64,000 bases of DNA, taken from the NCBI GenBank assembly GCA_016748015.1, contig JAAOMT010000521.1, positions 280,907 through 344,906 on the forward strand, in the 5' to 3' direction. The DNA comes from Geosiphon pyriformis uo1. Taxonomy: Eukaryota; Fungi; Glomeromycota. The notes under the pieces are model-generated. The model had not been told where the DNA came from. It saw only the letters and a list, made by a program, of their open reading frames with translations, and ran no database searches. This document shows, one piece after another, positions 1-12,218 of the stretch. Position 1 is the stretch's first letter. The number at the start of each line of letters is the position of its first letter. A program made the translations under genes and the position numbers.

Positions 1-2827
1 CAGCCTGGAGAAGAGCCGTGCAGTGACTGGACAGTTGTTTACATGATGACAATGAAATTTGGCAAATGGCACTCACCAAAATCGAAGGGGCGATGCCAGA
101 AAAGATAAAAACAATTAAAGACAACCCCCCAGAACTTTTAGAGCTTGACTGGAATGCAGAACCCATCATAAACCTCCTGGATCTGGAACAATTCCATGAA
201 CACTACCAAGAATTAGCACCCACAAGGGAAGAACAAGAACAATGGTAGAGCAGTTGAACGCTCGACTATGTCAACACTGCCTAATTCCTTGTGACTTCCA
301 GTATTGTGATGAGTGTGATCTCATTTACAATTCACCACCATGCATGATCTACTCAATTCCTGAAGAAAAAGAACCAATCAGCAGCTGCGCATCAGAATCA
401 GAATCACCGATCAATCACAATTCAAACTCTGACAATGATGACAATAACAATGGTTCAAGCTCCGTTCAAATTGGCAATGACAACGAAAACAATTCAGACT
501 CAGATTCAAAACCTGATGTAAACTATGAACAATACATTGCACTACCAGATCTCTCCAAGGAACAAGAGTTGAAATGGTATAGTGACAATGGGAAAGGTAT
601 TATGCCAAAACGTGCACATGATATGGATGCAGGGTTTGATCTAAGATATCCAGGAAAAAATGTCATCAAATTAGAACCGCATTCACGCACCTGCATTGAT
701 CTGAAAATAGCACTAGAAATTCTGGCAACAACAATGGTTCAATTAGCATCTAGGAGTAATTTAGTGAAAAGAGAGATCAATATAAGAGGAGGAATAATTG
801 ATGTGGAATATGTAGGAAATATCATCACTATGCTACAAAATGACTCAGAAAAGACTTATGTAATAGAGCCCAATGAAAAGATAGCACAGGCAATATTCCT
901 GCCTCTGGTTAGAATAGCTCAGTTAGTATTAGTGGGAAAGAGAAAGGAATTAGGAATAACGGCGAGAGGAATACAGGGATTCAGATCCACAGGTAGAATA
1001 AATGTACCAGTTAACATGGCAGAGGAAAAAACTGTTGGCCAAGGAGAAATTATCTTAACCAGTCAAGTTATTTCCATTCCACTATATAGCCAGTACATGT
1101 TAGCAATAGAAAGAAAGGAAAAAGAGCAAGAACAGATTTTTGAAGTGGAAGCAACCCTTTGTGAATCAGAAGAGATTGGGTTGATCAATCTCCACATACC
1201 AGCCAAAAGCTATAGCAGCATAAAAATTCCCATCTACAACAACACTGGTAATGTCATCAACATACCAGAAGGAACCACCATCAGATATCTAACCACAAAA
1301 ATAGAAGACCAACCACCAAACTCTATTCCAGACTTTCCACAACTTTGTGGATATGTTGACATCACATCACAGACAATCTATGGACGAGACAAATGTTATT
1401 TGCTCCAACCAGAACAATTGGAACAAATGAACATGGGAAACTTAGATCCACTCCAATGTATGCAGCTCAAGATGTTACTCAACAATTTCAATGACATTTT
1501 TGCCAGCGAAAATGAGTTTGGCTGAACTAACATCATCCAGCATTAGATCAAGACTGGAGATGCAATGCCAATCAAACAAAGAGCATACAGAGTGCTACCA
1601 GCCAGCCACAAGATTATTCGTCAAGAAATAAACAGAATGCTTGACAATAAACTAATTCAACCATCAATGAGTCTATGGTCATCACCAGTGGTACTCGTTC
1701 GTAAGAAAAATGGAAAAATCCGGTTTTGTGTAGACTACAGAAAACTCAATAGTATAACTCGTGGAGACAGTTATCCAACTCCATGAATACAGAAATTATT
1801 CGATGCTTTCGGTAGGAACAAATGGTTCTCCACATTAGATTTGGACAGTGGTTACTGACAAGTAGCCATGAATCCAGCTGACAAAGAGAAAATGGCATTT
1901 ACTACTAAAGAAGAGAATTTCGAATTTGAAGTGATGCCATTCAGCTTAACCAATGCCCCAGCAACTTTCCAACGGCTAATGGAAATCGTTTATACTGGTT
2001 TATTGTAGAAATCAGTAGTTATATACTTGAATAACATTAATGTATTCTCAAAGACATTTGATGATCATCTTCATTATCTTCAACAAGTGTTCAAAAGACT
2101 AAGAAGAGCAGGACTAAAGTTAAATGCGACAAAGTGCTTCTTTGGCAAAACAGAACTCAAATTCTTGAAACACATAGTCAGCAAAGATGGCATTAAAACA
2201 GATCCAGAGAAAATAGAGATAGTAAAGAACTTTCCAGTGCTGACCAATATAACAGAACTGAAATCATTCTTGGGATTCACCAGTTACTATTGTCGTTTTA
2301 TCAAGAACTTTTCTAAGATAGCACAGCCACTCAATCAACTGCAAAACAAAAATGCAAAATATGAATAGACAGAAAGTCAACAAAAAGCTTTTGATATTTT
2401 GAGGAAAAAGCTCATCCAAGCTCTAGTTTTGATCTATTCAGATTACAGCAAACCATTTATCATCACCACCGATGCATCCAGCCAAGCATTGGGAGCAGTA
2501 TTATCTCAGAGAGAACCGGACAGCAGAGAACATCCAGTAGCATATGCCAGCAAAGATTTAACACCAGCCAAAAAGAACTATGGAACACCGAAACAAGAAC
2601 ACTTAGCAATATACTGAGTTATCATGAAATAGAAAAAATACTTGAACCAGAAGTTTGAAGTATACACAAATTACAAGGGATTAACATCACTCCAAAAACA
2701 AGAATTTGGAGATGAAAGACAGTTAAGATGGAAAATAGCACTTGCACCATACAATTATACTATACATTACAAAAAGGGAAAAGACAATAAAAATGCTGAC
2801 AGTTTATCGTGAATAAGACAAATCTAA
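1..2827 (+). pseudogene. E1 polyprotein remnant: Cys cluster, dUTPase, RT, RNase H
   Basis: CQHC..CDFQYCDEC; AGFDL; SPVVLVRKKNGKIRFCVDYRKLN; YL(D>N)(D>N); ITTDASSQALGAVLSQ; NADSLS. Premature stops from C>T/G>A changes. Confidence 0.93.
590..995 (+). pseudogene. dut: dUTPase domain in the E1 polyprotein
   Basis: All five trimeric dUTPase motifs recognisable: AGFDL, ASRS, GGIID..YVGNI, KIAQAIF, RGIQGF(G/R)STG. Confidence 0.9.
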
Positions 2828-2890
2828 GAACATTTCAACCCAAAAATATAATAAAACTAGAACAATACCAACAGAAAAATACAACAAAAG

Positions 2891-4272
2891 ATGAACATAC
2901 AAAAATATCAACAATTGCAACATTATCTAAACACTCAACAGTTCAAGGAGAATTTATCTCATACGGAATGAAGAAGTATCAAACAACAATCAAAATATTT
3001 TATCACTTACCAAAATATACTTTATCGAAAAATAGAAGAGATCCAGATCAACCAATCAAAGTAATTATGGAGCCAGAAAAAGAGACAATATTATTCAACA
3101 TGCACTCAAATTTAACAGCAGGATATTTTCACAAAGAAGCAACTATAGAGAGAACTAGAAAAAGATACTATTGGCCATCAATGTATCCAGATATCATTCA
3201 ATATGTTCAAAATTGTGATGCTTGTAAGTGAAGAAGAAGAACAAGACCCAGTGAACCATTAAGACCAATCAAAATGGAACAACCATTTGACTGTATGGGA
3301 ATTGATTTAGTCAAACCATTAACAATCACCAGCAGAAGAAACAGATACATAGTAGTAGCTATGGACTATCTCACTAAATGGCCAGAGGCAAAAGCAATTA
3401 AAAGAACGGATGCAGAATCCGTGGCTGAATTCGTTCATTAGGATTTGATTTGTCAACATAAATGTCCAAAAGAATTATTATCAGACCAAGGAACTCATTT
3501 TGTGAACAGAACATTAACAGAATTGAGCCAAAGATTCGGAATCAAGAAACCATTATCATCACCATACCATCCACAAACCAATGGATTAGTAGAAAGATTC
3601 AACAGAACATTGTGTAAAGCAATAGCCAAGCTCAGCCAAGAAAACCAGAACGATTGGGATTTGTTCATACCATCAGTACTATTTGCTTATCGGACAATGA
3701 AACAGGATACTACACAAGCAACACCATTTAAATTAGTGTATGAGAGAACAGCAATGTTATCAATAGAAAGAGAAATTAATACATATCCAGCTGAACCAAT
3801 AACAGAAAAAAATTTTCAAGAAACATTGCTGAGAAAAACATATGACTTAATAGAAACATTGGAAAACAAACAAAGAAAAGCAGCTAATAATATTCAAAAG
3901 TCACAAGAAACACAGAAAAAAAGACACAATAGTTAACTACCAGACAAACCAGTTGAATTCAAGATCGGAGACAAAGTATTACTACATCATACCAAAGTGG
4001 AAAAACAATGGAATGGAAAATTTAACCCCAAATAGGATGGACCATTTCACATAGAAGAAATTCTAGGAAATGGAGCTTACAAATTAAGATTGAATAACAA
4101 AATTTTAACCAAAGCAGCACATGGAGATCGACTGAAACCATATCACAACATCACACTATTATCTACCAGTAATATTCCACAATTAAGAGTACAGAGAATA
4201 CTAGTCCAACCAGATGAGATTCCACGAGATCGGGAACCAATCATTATTATTGACAACAACATGTTAAATTGA
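2891..4272 (+). pseudogene. E1 integrase (HHCC, DDE core, GPF/SH3-like tail; no chromodomain)
   Basis: ATG at 2891 (MNIQKYQQL); YYWPSMY..CDAC; GIDLV; LLSDQGTHF; SPYHPQTNGLVERFNRTL; DGPFHIEEILGNGAYKL. Confidence 0.93.
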
Positions 4273-4326
4273 TCCATCAAAAGAATATATAAAGACATGG
4301 TAGACGCAACAGAAAATATCAGAAAA

Positions 4327-4956
4327 ATGGAAATTACAGACAACATTTACTCACTAGCACAACAACTCTTTCAATTAATCCAACACCAGGAAATGGAAAT
4401 TACAATCAATCAATAAACCATTTGATATCAAGATACTAGAAAGACATTTCAACTCAGAACACAGAAAAAAACTGAAAATACTGTAGACAAAATCATGGCA
4501 AAAGTAAAATTAGCAATAAAAGAATCAACAAAGAAGTCACTATATCAAGAGTTGACTAAAAAAACTTGGAATTGGTGGATACAACAATTTCCACGAAACT
4601 ATTGTTATTTTTACTTGGGACAACATGTAAATATCCAGAATCTATATACAGATAAAACAAAGCAATTATTTGACAAAAGAATATTACAACAATTAGAACA
4701 TTTTGTGGGAAAGAACAACTTATCCACACAAGCCCAAGCCATATACTGAATACACACAGCATTTCAAGATAAACCAAAAATATTGCTTAACAAAGCAATG
4801 GATCTGGTTACCAGTAATCAATTGGAAAAAATCACCAATGCTTAATTTGAAAAATTACAAACCCAAATAACACAAGTAATTTTCAAAAATGAAATTCAGG
4901 AAATACTTCAAGAGAGGGAATTACATGAATTAGATTTTGATGGAGCTCAATATTAA
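4327..4956 (+). pseudogene. E1 ORF3, ~209-aa protein of unknown function between integrase and PPT
   Basis: ATG 4327 to TAA 4954-4956 in one frame, interrupted only by CAA/CGA/TGG-derived stops. Homologues in E2 and E4. Confidence 0.75.
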
Positions 4957-4969
4957 AAGGAGGGAATAA

Positions 4970-5839
4970 TGTTACTTATAGAAATATAGGAAATATATTA
5001 GCATAATTATTAGCCAATCAGAAGTAAGTGTAGTAAATGTGGAATTCCAGGATTCTTCTCAGGAATTACAGAATTCCAGAAATTTCAGGATTCCCAATGA
5101 GGAATTGCAGGATTCCAGAATTCCAGGATTTCTCTCAAAGGAATTGCAGGATTCCTATCATGAAGAATCGAGGAATTGAGGAATCCCAATTATGTATATA
5201 TAGTAGTAGGGTTAGAAACAGAAAAAACAGAATTGATACCACAGAATTCTTAGTCTAAAAACGCAATCATCAAATAAATAATTATTTTATATTTCCATCT
5301 ACTTCCCTCACTATCAACCCTTTATGTTGATAGTAATTGATACTTGACTATTCTGGAACAATAGCTCTTAATCATGGCTATTGATGGGATACTAATCTGC
5401 AAATTGCCTTGGCTTATTTTTTTGCTTTCTTTATTTCTTTTTATTTCTTTTTTTCTTTATTTTATTTTGATTTGTTGTTATATACTAATTAATAAACAAT
5501 TAAGCACTGAGTTATTGATGTCAAAGATAGCCTGGTAAAAGACCCAGAAATACGGATAGAATTTTTATATATTATCAGATAGTTTACCAAAAGGGCACAA
5601 CTGCCAGACTAAATCTGGTCACCACACTGAAAAAGAAATTGAGAAAACTCTTGGAAAATATCTCTACTATTGACACTATTGAATTTCTGTCTATTATACA
5701 AAGGACTCAACCAAAACCTTCAGATCCATCAAAACTTTCAGATACAGCACCTGCAGAACAGCCTCAACAGAAGTAGCTTTTGAGCACCAAGTTACGAGTT
5801 TGTTATTTAATTCAACAGCAGAAATAATCACCTGTAACA
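4970..5839 (+). repeat. 3' LTR of E1, preceded by PPT AAAAGGAGGGAA
   Basis: TGTTAC...GTAACA termini; GGAATTCC array; TATATATAG; AATAAA. Near-identical to 37375-38255. Confidence 0.95.
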
Positions 5840-8800
5840 ATGCCTAGTATACAAACACTTATGGACAACAACCAGGAGTCAATAATGCAGAGCCTTTATA
5901 AAATATATGCAAATACTAACTGTGAATTTACTAATAAAACTGGCTGCCAAATGAAAATTAGGATGTCACACCAGAAATAATCTAAACCAATTAATATTAG
6001 TCTATAGACTGGTCTCTACCACCCAAGAACTAGAGTCAGTCTTTCAGTATACATAGTGAATAGATCAAAAAATATCACATACAAAATGTCTAGAATTTCC
6101 AGAAACAACATTGCCACCAGCTACAACACAACACTCATTGATCTGATAAAGAAGGTACTGATTAGAGAAAGAAGCAGTCTTAACAAAAGCATCAGCATGT
6201 TCATTGTCTGGAACATCTAAGTAATCTTTTACTTTAATTCAACTGACAATCAAATTTTTAGCACAAATGAGACTTACAATATGGTAGTATTCAACCCAAC
6301 ATTGATTCCAAAAATCAGAACACAACAAGCCCAATTCCAATTTACAAGCAGCCAAAGCAAACTGATTATCTGAGAAAACTTGAACTGAATTGAAAGAAGA
6401 TATACACTCAAGTGCCAATAAAATAGCCTACAGCTCAGCCATAATGAAAGACACCAAACTGAAAATCTTAATACCCAGACTTAAACCAACATTTTCAAAA
6501 AAAACCACAGCTCTAGTTTTCATGTTAAAATTTTCCAGATTGACAAAAGATCCATTTGTATAAACAGAAAAGCAATCTTAAAAGCAATTTCTTCTAATTT
6601 AGCAGAGTATTAACACTTGACAAATGGTTACAAATAATCTCAAACTCATAAGATTCAAGAATGTTCAAAGATTTAACACCCAAGGGAAGAGAAAAACCAA
6701 CAGAAACAAAAGTATTATTATTAAGAAAATGAACAGAATGCTTGAACCAATCAAAAACCAAGCTGCATGAGTCCAATCTTTTTCACTGCTTAAATGTCTT
6801 TTACTTAAAGGTTGTATCAGTATGGTTGCAAAGCTGCTCAACAAAAGCAATTCTATACCACCAAAGTAAAAAAACACATTTAAGATATTTAGAACCACCA
6901 AGAACAAAAGACAAAAAAATACTGCTGTGGAAACAAAAAGCATTAGTTATAAGACCACTTAAAGACAGATCATACCCCCAAAAAATGTGGACTATACTAG
7001 TTAAGAAGTTATTCAAAGGATTAATGATAATGTAAAACAGAAAAAACAGAAAATGGCATGAATGCTAGCTAAGAACCTGCAGATTATGTAACCTGTGTGC
7101 AAACAGATAACCTAAAATACCAGAAAAATTTGCAAAACAAACAGCAGAAGCCAATTTGCCTTTAGCTTGAACTTGCTTAAAAGATTTCAAATTGTACAAT
7201 AAAGAATAATGAAGTATATCATTGAGAAAATTGAGCAGCAGTTCAGATTTGGACTTTAAGCCTTTGTGAATCATAGTGTCCTACTTATTATACACACTGA
7301 TAAGAACAAAACTGAATTGGGTCCTATAGTTCACAATGAGAAAAAGGACTGCTAACACCAAATATGAAAATTGTTTATCAGAGATGACATTTCTTAAAAC
7401 AAGATTGGTAAAAAACCAAATATCTGAATGGGCCTTAGCCAAGCTAGGCTTTGACAAATCTTTAGAAGACAAAAATATATCTAGATAGTGATGAGATTCA
7501 CTCTTTTTAACAACAGAAATAGACACACCATTGACAGATAGAAAAGAGTTTACAACTCTGCAGTTTACTGGAATGGCCACAGTCTTATTGTTATTTATAG
7601 AAATATCATTAATTCTGAAAAATTCACTAGCAATATTGAGAATATGCTGTATTGCCATCTGACTACTGCCAATCTAGATGGCATTATCAACAAAAGCACC
7701 AGCTGCAAAAAATGTCATCATCTCATCTTGAGAATTCACATAACCAGTTCTGAAAACAAAATGAAAGTTCAATCTGTAACCATATACACTTACCTGCCTT
7801 TTGACTTCACACAGAAGTGAATTATAAAATATGCATCAGAGAAGAAATGAAAAAACTTCTCTTTGATCCAACCCATCATAAACTTAATATCTATTAGTCA
7901 AACTAAAATCAGTCATAACTCTGTTAATTCGATCATTGTAAATGCCACCAAAAAACCTAATAAACTTATCACACATTTTGATTCTAACCAGATCCTTTCT
8001 AAGATGCTCCCATCTAACAGAATCATAAGTCTTATGTATATTCTGCAAAACCAGCCATAGCTCCCAGTTTTTTTTTAAGACATTTTTAACTACTAAGTCA
8101 ACAACAAAAATAGGAAACTGTGTTATAGTGCCTTTCAAAACAAAAAAATTATTACCTTGAAGAACATCAAAGATGCTACAAGCTGAAAAAATTCTGTCTA
8201 AAAGAATTTGAAAAAAATTTTGTGAGCTGTCTCAATTAAAGCAATAAGGTAGATATTCATGAAAACACCCTCCCAATTATATGGTTTTAAAATCATAGAA
8301 ATCCAAGCCTCTTTTCAAAAAGTTGGAACCAATTCACACATTAAACAAAAGTTTAAAAGCATTAGCAGCATGTTCAAAATTGACTCATTACAATGTTTCT
8401 ACAATTTATTGGAAATGCCAGAAAGATCAACAGTTTTTTCATTAGACAGATCTAAAACAACACTTAACAATTCATCAAAATTAATTAGAGTTATCACATT
8501 TGAAAAAGCACCATCGAAGACATAATTCAGTGGTTGGTATTGGTGAGACTAATCATTAGAGATAATAGAAACTACCTCACACTTTTGAGTCCAGTATTCC
8601 ATAATCTTATCAACTTTAAATTTAACCAGATTGGATTCCAAAACCAGCTCTTCATTCACTACAAAATGGTCCAACACAACTTTTTAAAAAGAATGCTTTA
8701 ACACACTTCTGATGATATGGCTTTTATTGGACTCAAAACTTTCCATCTTTTTATCAATAGCTAATTTGATCCAAGATTCCTTGATGCACTTGGATTCTAA

Positions 8801-9995
8801 CAGTTTAAAAGAGCAATAAGATTTTTTGATTTTAGCCAAAACAGATCTGATATTATTAAAGCAAAACCCAGAATTGACAAATAGTTTTACAGCAGTCACA
8901 TTGGCAGCATCAAAACACTTCTACTTAACCAGCAATGAATTAAAAACATCATAAGAAGCCAGTCAAGAAGTCCTAACAATCTTAAAAACCAAAAGTTCAA
9001 GCTTGTAAAATCTGGATAACTCTTTAGTAAAAACACTATTGTAGCCTTTAAACCACTTTTTTTAAAGACTTTCTTAACTAATAGACACATCACTTTATAG
9101 ATAACATCCTATATTGTATCCAAATTTGTAAAACTCTTAAATATCATGAAATTATCAAAAAACATAATAGCATTAGCTGCCAAAACCTCCTTAGACTTAG
9201 CCCAGTTGTTACTACTTGCACCTTAAAGCCAAATTTCTAACAATTTTTGTTTGCTTGTTTGTAAAGAGAGTTCAACCATACATTCAGCAAACCACTCAAA
9301 CCCACAGACACAAAAACAGTTTGATGATCAGTGTTAAAATATTTACTAACTTTTGAAACATTATGCTATATAATTACATTGGCCAAATTTGAAGAAACCA
9401 ACATATAATCAATCATTTTCAAGACACCTCAGAAATTGCTCTATGTTAACATCTTTACAAATAAACTCACACTCAAGGAATTGACTAAATCCAAATCAAA
9501 GCATCTTTTGAAACTGGCACATTTGTGAGCACTATTTTTATTGAAATTGCCACCTAAGATGACAAAGGAAGACTCATTCACAGTCTTTGCAATCAAAAAG
9601 TTAATGTCATCTATCTAAGAGAAATGAACTGCCAAAGACACTCCAGCATAAAGCCCCAAAATCAACACAGAAAGTTTATTTTTGAAGAGCAACTTAATAA
9701 AGAAAAGATGGCCAGGTATTTCAGAAATCTTATATACATGCCTTGTTAGAGAATCATTTATAACTACAACAACCTCTAAACTCAAGTAATTAAAGTCCAA
9801 ACCAAAAATAAACACATAGATACCAGTAAATTTGTTAATAATCCATGGATAAATTTTTTCTTTCAGCTTAATTTCCATAAAAATTGAGATTAAATTGTTT
9901 ATGTCTTTATGCCAATACACAATATCTTCTCACTTTGCAGGATTGTTCATATCTTTAACATTACAAGTTGCAATTTTTCAGACTAACTCACTCAT
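5840..9995 (-). pseudogene. LINE ORF2 (endonuclease, RT, RNase H)
   Basis: Starts at ATG 9995; minus-strand ORF fragments 9615-9920, 7884-8138, 7281-7658. Confidence 0.85.
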
Positions 9996-11789
9996 TGAGA
10001 AGGAGATTGGAGGTGCACACTACCAGCCAGGACCAAACCATCAAGACAAGCTAATAAACTCAACATTAAAGTGGAAAGACTATTCAACATATTCTTAAAT
10101 TTGACCATATCAGAGTAGAAAAATGAGCCCAAAAACATAGCAGTCCTACTACTAGTGGCTTCACTTGAGCCTCTTCCATTACTATATTGCTCACCTAATT
10201 CTGTAAAGAAAAAGTTATTAACAGCTGACATCCAAGACTAGGCTGGAAAACTGCCAGCATGAGTGAGTCTAACCTCCTAGCCAACTTACTAATTTATCTT
10301 GTGAGACTAGTAAGACTGCTTTCCAAAACAGCAAACTTATTCTCAATGTCTTTTGCAACAGAAGAAGTTGGCTTCATCTCTACAGAGAAGCCAAAGTTGA
10401 CTGAAACATTTTGCACAGGGAGAGGAGGAAATAAAAATTCACCAGCTATCTTTGTCCAAAAAACTCTACTAAAAGCAACAAGATGAGCAATGGGAGCCAA
10501 ACACTTGGAATAGATGGCTGCCAACTTGCTTTTATTTATGTCTAAAAGTGTCATACAAGACATTTTACCAGAATACAAACCCTCTCCCACAAAACAGCTC
10601 AATGATATATGCCCTATTTTTTTACACTTAGCATACTTAGAAAAACCCAGATGAAACTATCATAAATTGGTCTCTTTCAATACAGGTGTGGTTTTCACAA
10701 TAGCATTCAGAGATTCAGCTGACTTAAAACAAACAATAGCATATCTGGTTCAGGCATATGTAACAGGATGTTAGTTGATCACACATGTTTTTCTATCCAC
10801 AGAACCAATGAAATTCCAGATGTCATAAGTGTTTATTCCCACAGGAAGAGTATAAAGCAATGCTTTATGACTGTTTTTTACATCCTAAGAAACCTTATCT
10901 TGATTAGTCTTGGTAACATGTACTGTATCCTTTTTGATTAAAATAGACCATTCTGCTATGACCAAATCAGTGTAATCAACCTGTTCAAATTCAACTACTG
11001 CTTTCTGCCACAGCCCTACCAATTGTATTTTGATCGACTTAATGATGCCAAACTTGGATAGTACAGCATGCACAGCCTCAATAAAAGTATCAATTGGAAT
11101 TTTTTTCAAAACTACAGTCTGATTAAAATACCCATTAGATTTTTTAAGATTGGTGTTTACCATGATTTTTGCACCAGTAGCCTTTTTGGTAGCTTTCATT
11201 AGGCTTAATTCGAAGGTAAATGTCACTCTAATAATTTCTGAGAATTTTGAAGGAGTAGACACCTTTTTAAAACCATTGATTCCTAAAAATAATTTCTTAA
11301 CTATGGCACATTTTTCTTGAGATGTTTTGTCAACTATCTTATCCAACCCAATATCTAATGCAAAAGATTTTCTAACAAAAACATTAACCAAATTTTTCAA
11401 AGGAGGAGGAAGTTCCAAAGGAACATCTGAAAAAATATTATTATTATTATTATGACTTAAGAAATCTATCTTCTTTAATGGCTTGTCCAATGCTTTCTTG
11501 GTTTTAACACCCAGCTTTTTAGGCATCTGATTAGGATTCCCATCAGCAAGAACATCACTCTCACTATAGTCAAACTGGTTTTTTCTACCAGACATTCTTT
11601 TTTTATATCAATACTATTAGATTCAGTAGTGTCACCAGTCTCAGAACCTTATGAACAATCACTTGGCATCTTAATAGACTTTTTTTTATCTCCAATATCC
11701 TCCTTCAAAACACCATCTTTCTTCTTCTTCTTCAACAAAACAGATTTGAAACTTCTATCAGAGCCAAAATTTTTAATAATCTTCTTCAT
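9992..11789 (-). pseudogene. LINE ORF1 (RRM-like region plus zinc knuckle)
   Basis: ATG 11789 (MKKII..); fragments 10885-11595, 10294-10602, 9992-10231. Confidence 0.75.
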
Positions 11790-12218
11790 GACAACAATAC
11801 TAGGGTCAACAGTAGTTTCAAAATCAAAAAATAGTTTGGTTTTATTGTACTAAATAGTGAAAAAGACTTCTTTTAAAAACTTTTTGACTCTTTTTTGGGA
11901 ATTTGGGATAAATAAGATAAAAAAGTTTTTAATTATATATTATATTAATTAATAAAATAATTAAATTAAACAAAATATAATTAATAAAACTTTAATAAAA
12001 AGTATTAATAAAATTTACTAATTAGAATTAAATAAATTTTTTAATGTTTAAATAATTTGTTCTTATTAAAAAAAATATTATTAAAGTAATCAGAATTAAT
12101 ATTAACAAATTTTATAAAAAGCCAAAAACATATATAAAACTCTGTTTTTTACTTTATTAATAAGAATAATAATATATAATTTATAAAATTTGTATAATTA
12201 ATTATTACTTAATTATAT

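Larger units (their letters stand above)
1..5839 (+). mobile_element. Ty3/Gypsy LTR retrotransposon E1 (family A), 5' part outside window
   Basis: Order dUTPase-RT-RNase H-integrase-ORF3-PPT-LTR. LTR is TGTTAC...GTAACA. Inserted into the LINE that follows. Confidence 0.95.
5840..11900 (-). mobile_element. Degenerate LINE (ORF1 + APE-RT-RNase H ORF2); 3' end displaced by the E1 insertion
   Basis: APE KIATCNVK..GNFN; RT SQG..AGAFVD(D); RNase H SVYT(D)GS; ORF1 CX2CX4HX4C knuckle near 10595-10635. Confidence 0.9.

Noticed and set aside
590-995. dUTPase as a phage or bacterial insertion
   Set aside because: In frame within the retrotransposon polyprotein in four copies, with no prokaryotic context
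4327-4956. ORF3 as env
   Set aside because: Short, with no evident signal peptide, furin site or transmembrane anchor
5073-5087. Perfect heat-shock element TTCcaGAAatTTC in the LTR
   Set aside because: Sister LTRs (37480, 46150) read TTCCAGGAATTTC, so the HSE is probably a G>A decay product
5530-5600. CCTGGTAA...TTACCA(G) pairing reminiscent of hairpin-ribozyme loop B
   Set aside because: The conserved AGAAACA / GUAUAUUA and loop A nucleotides are not present
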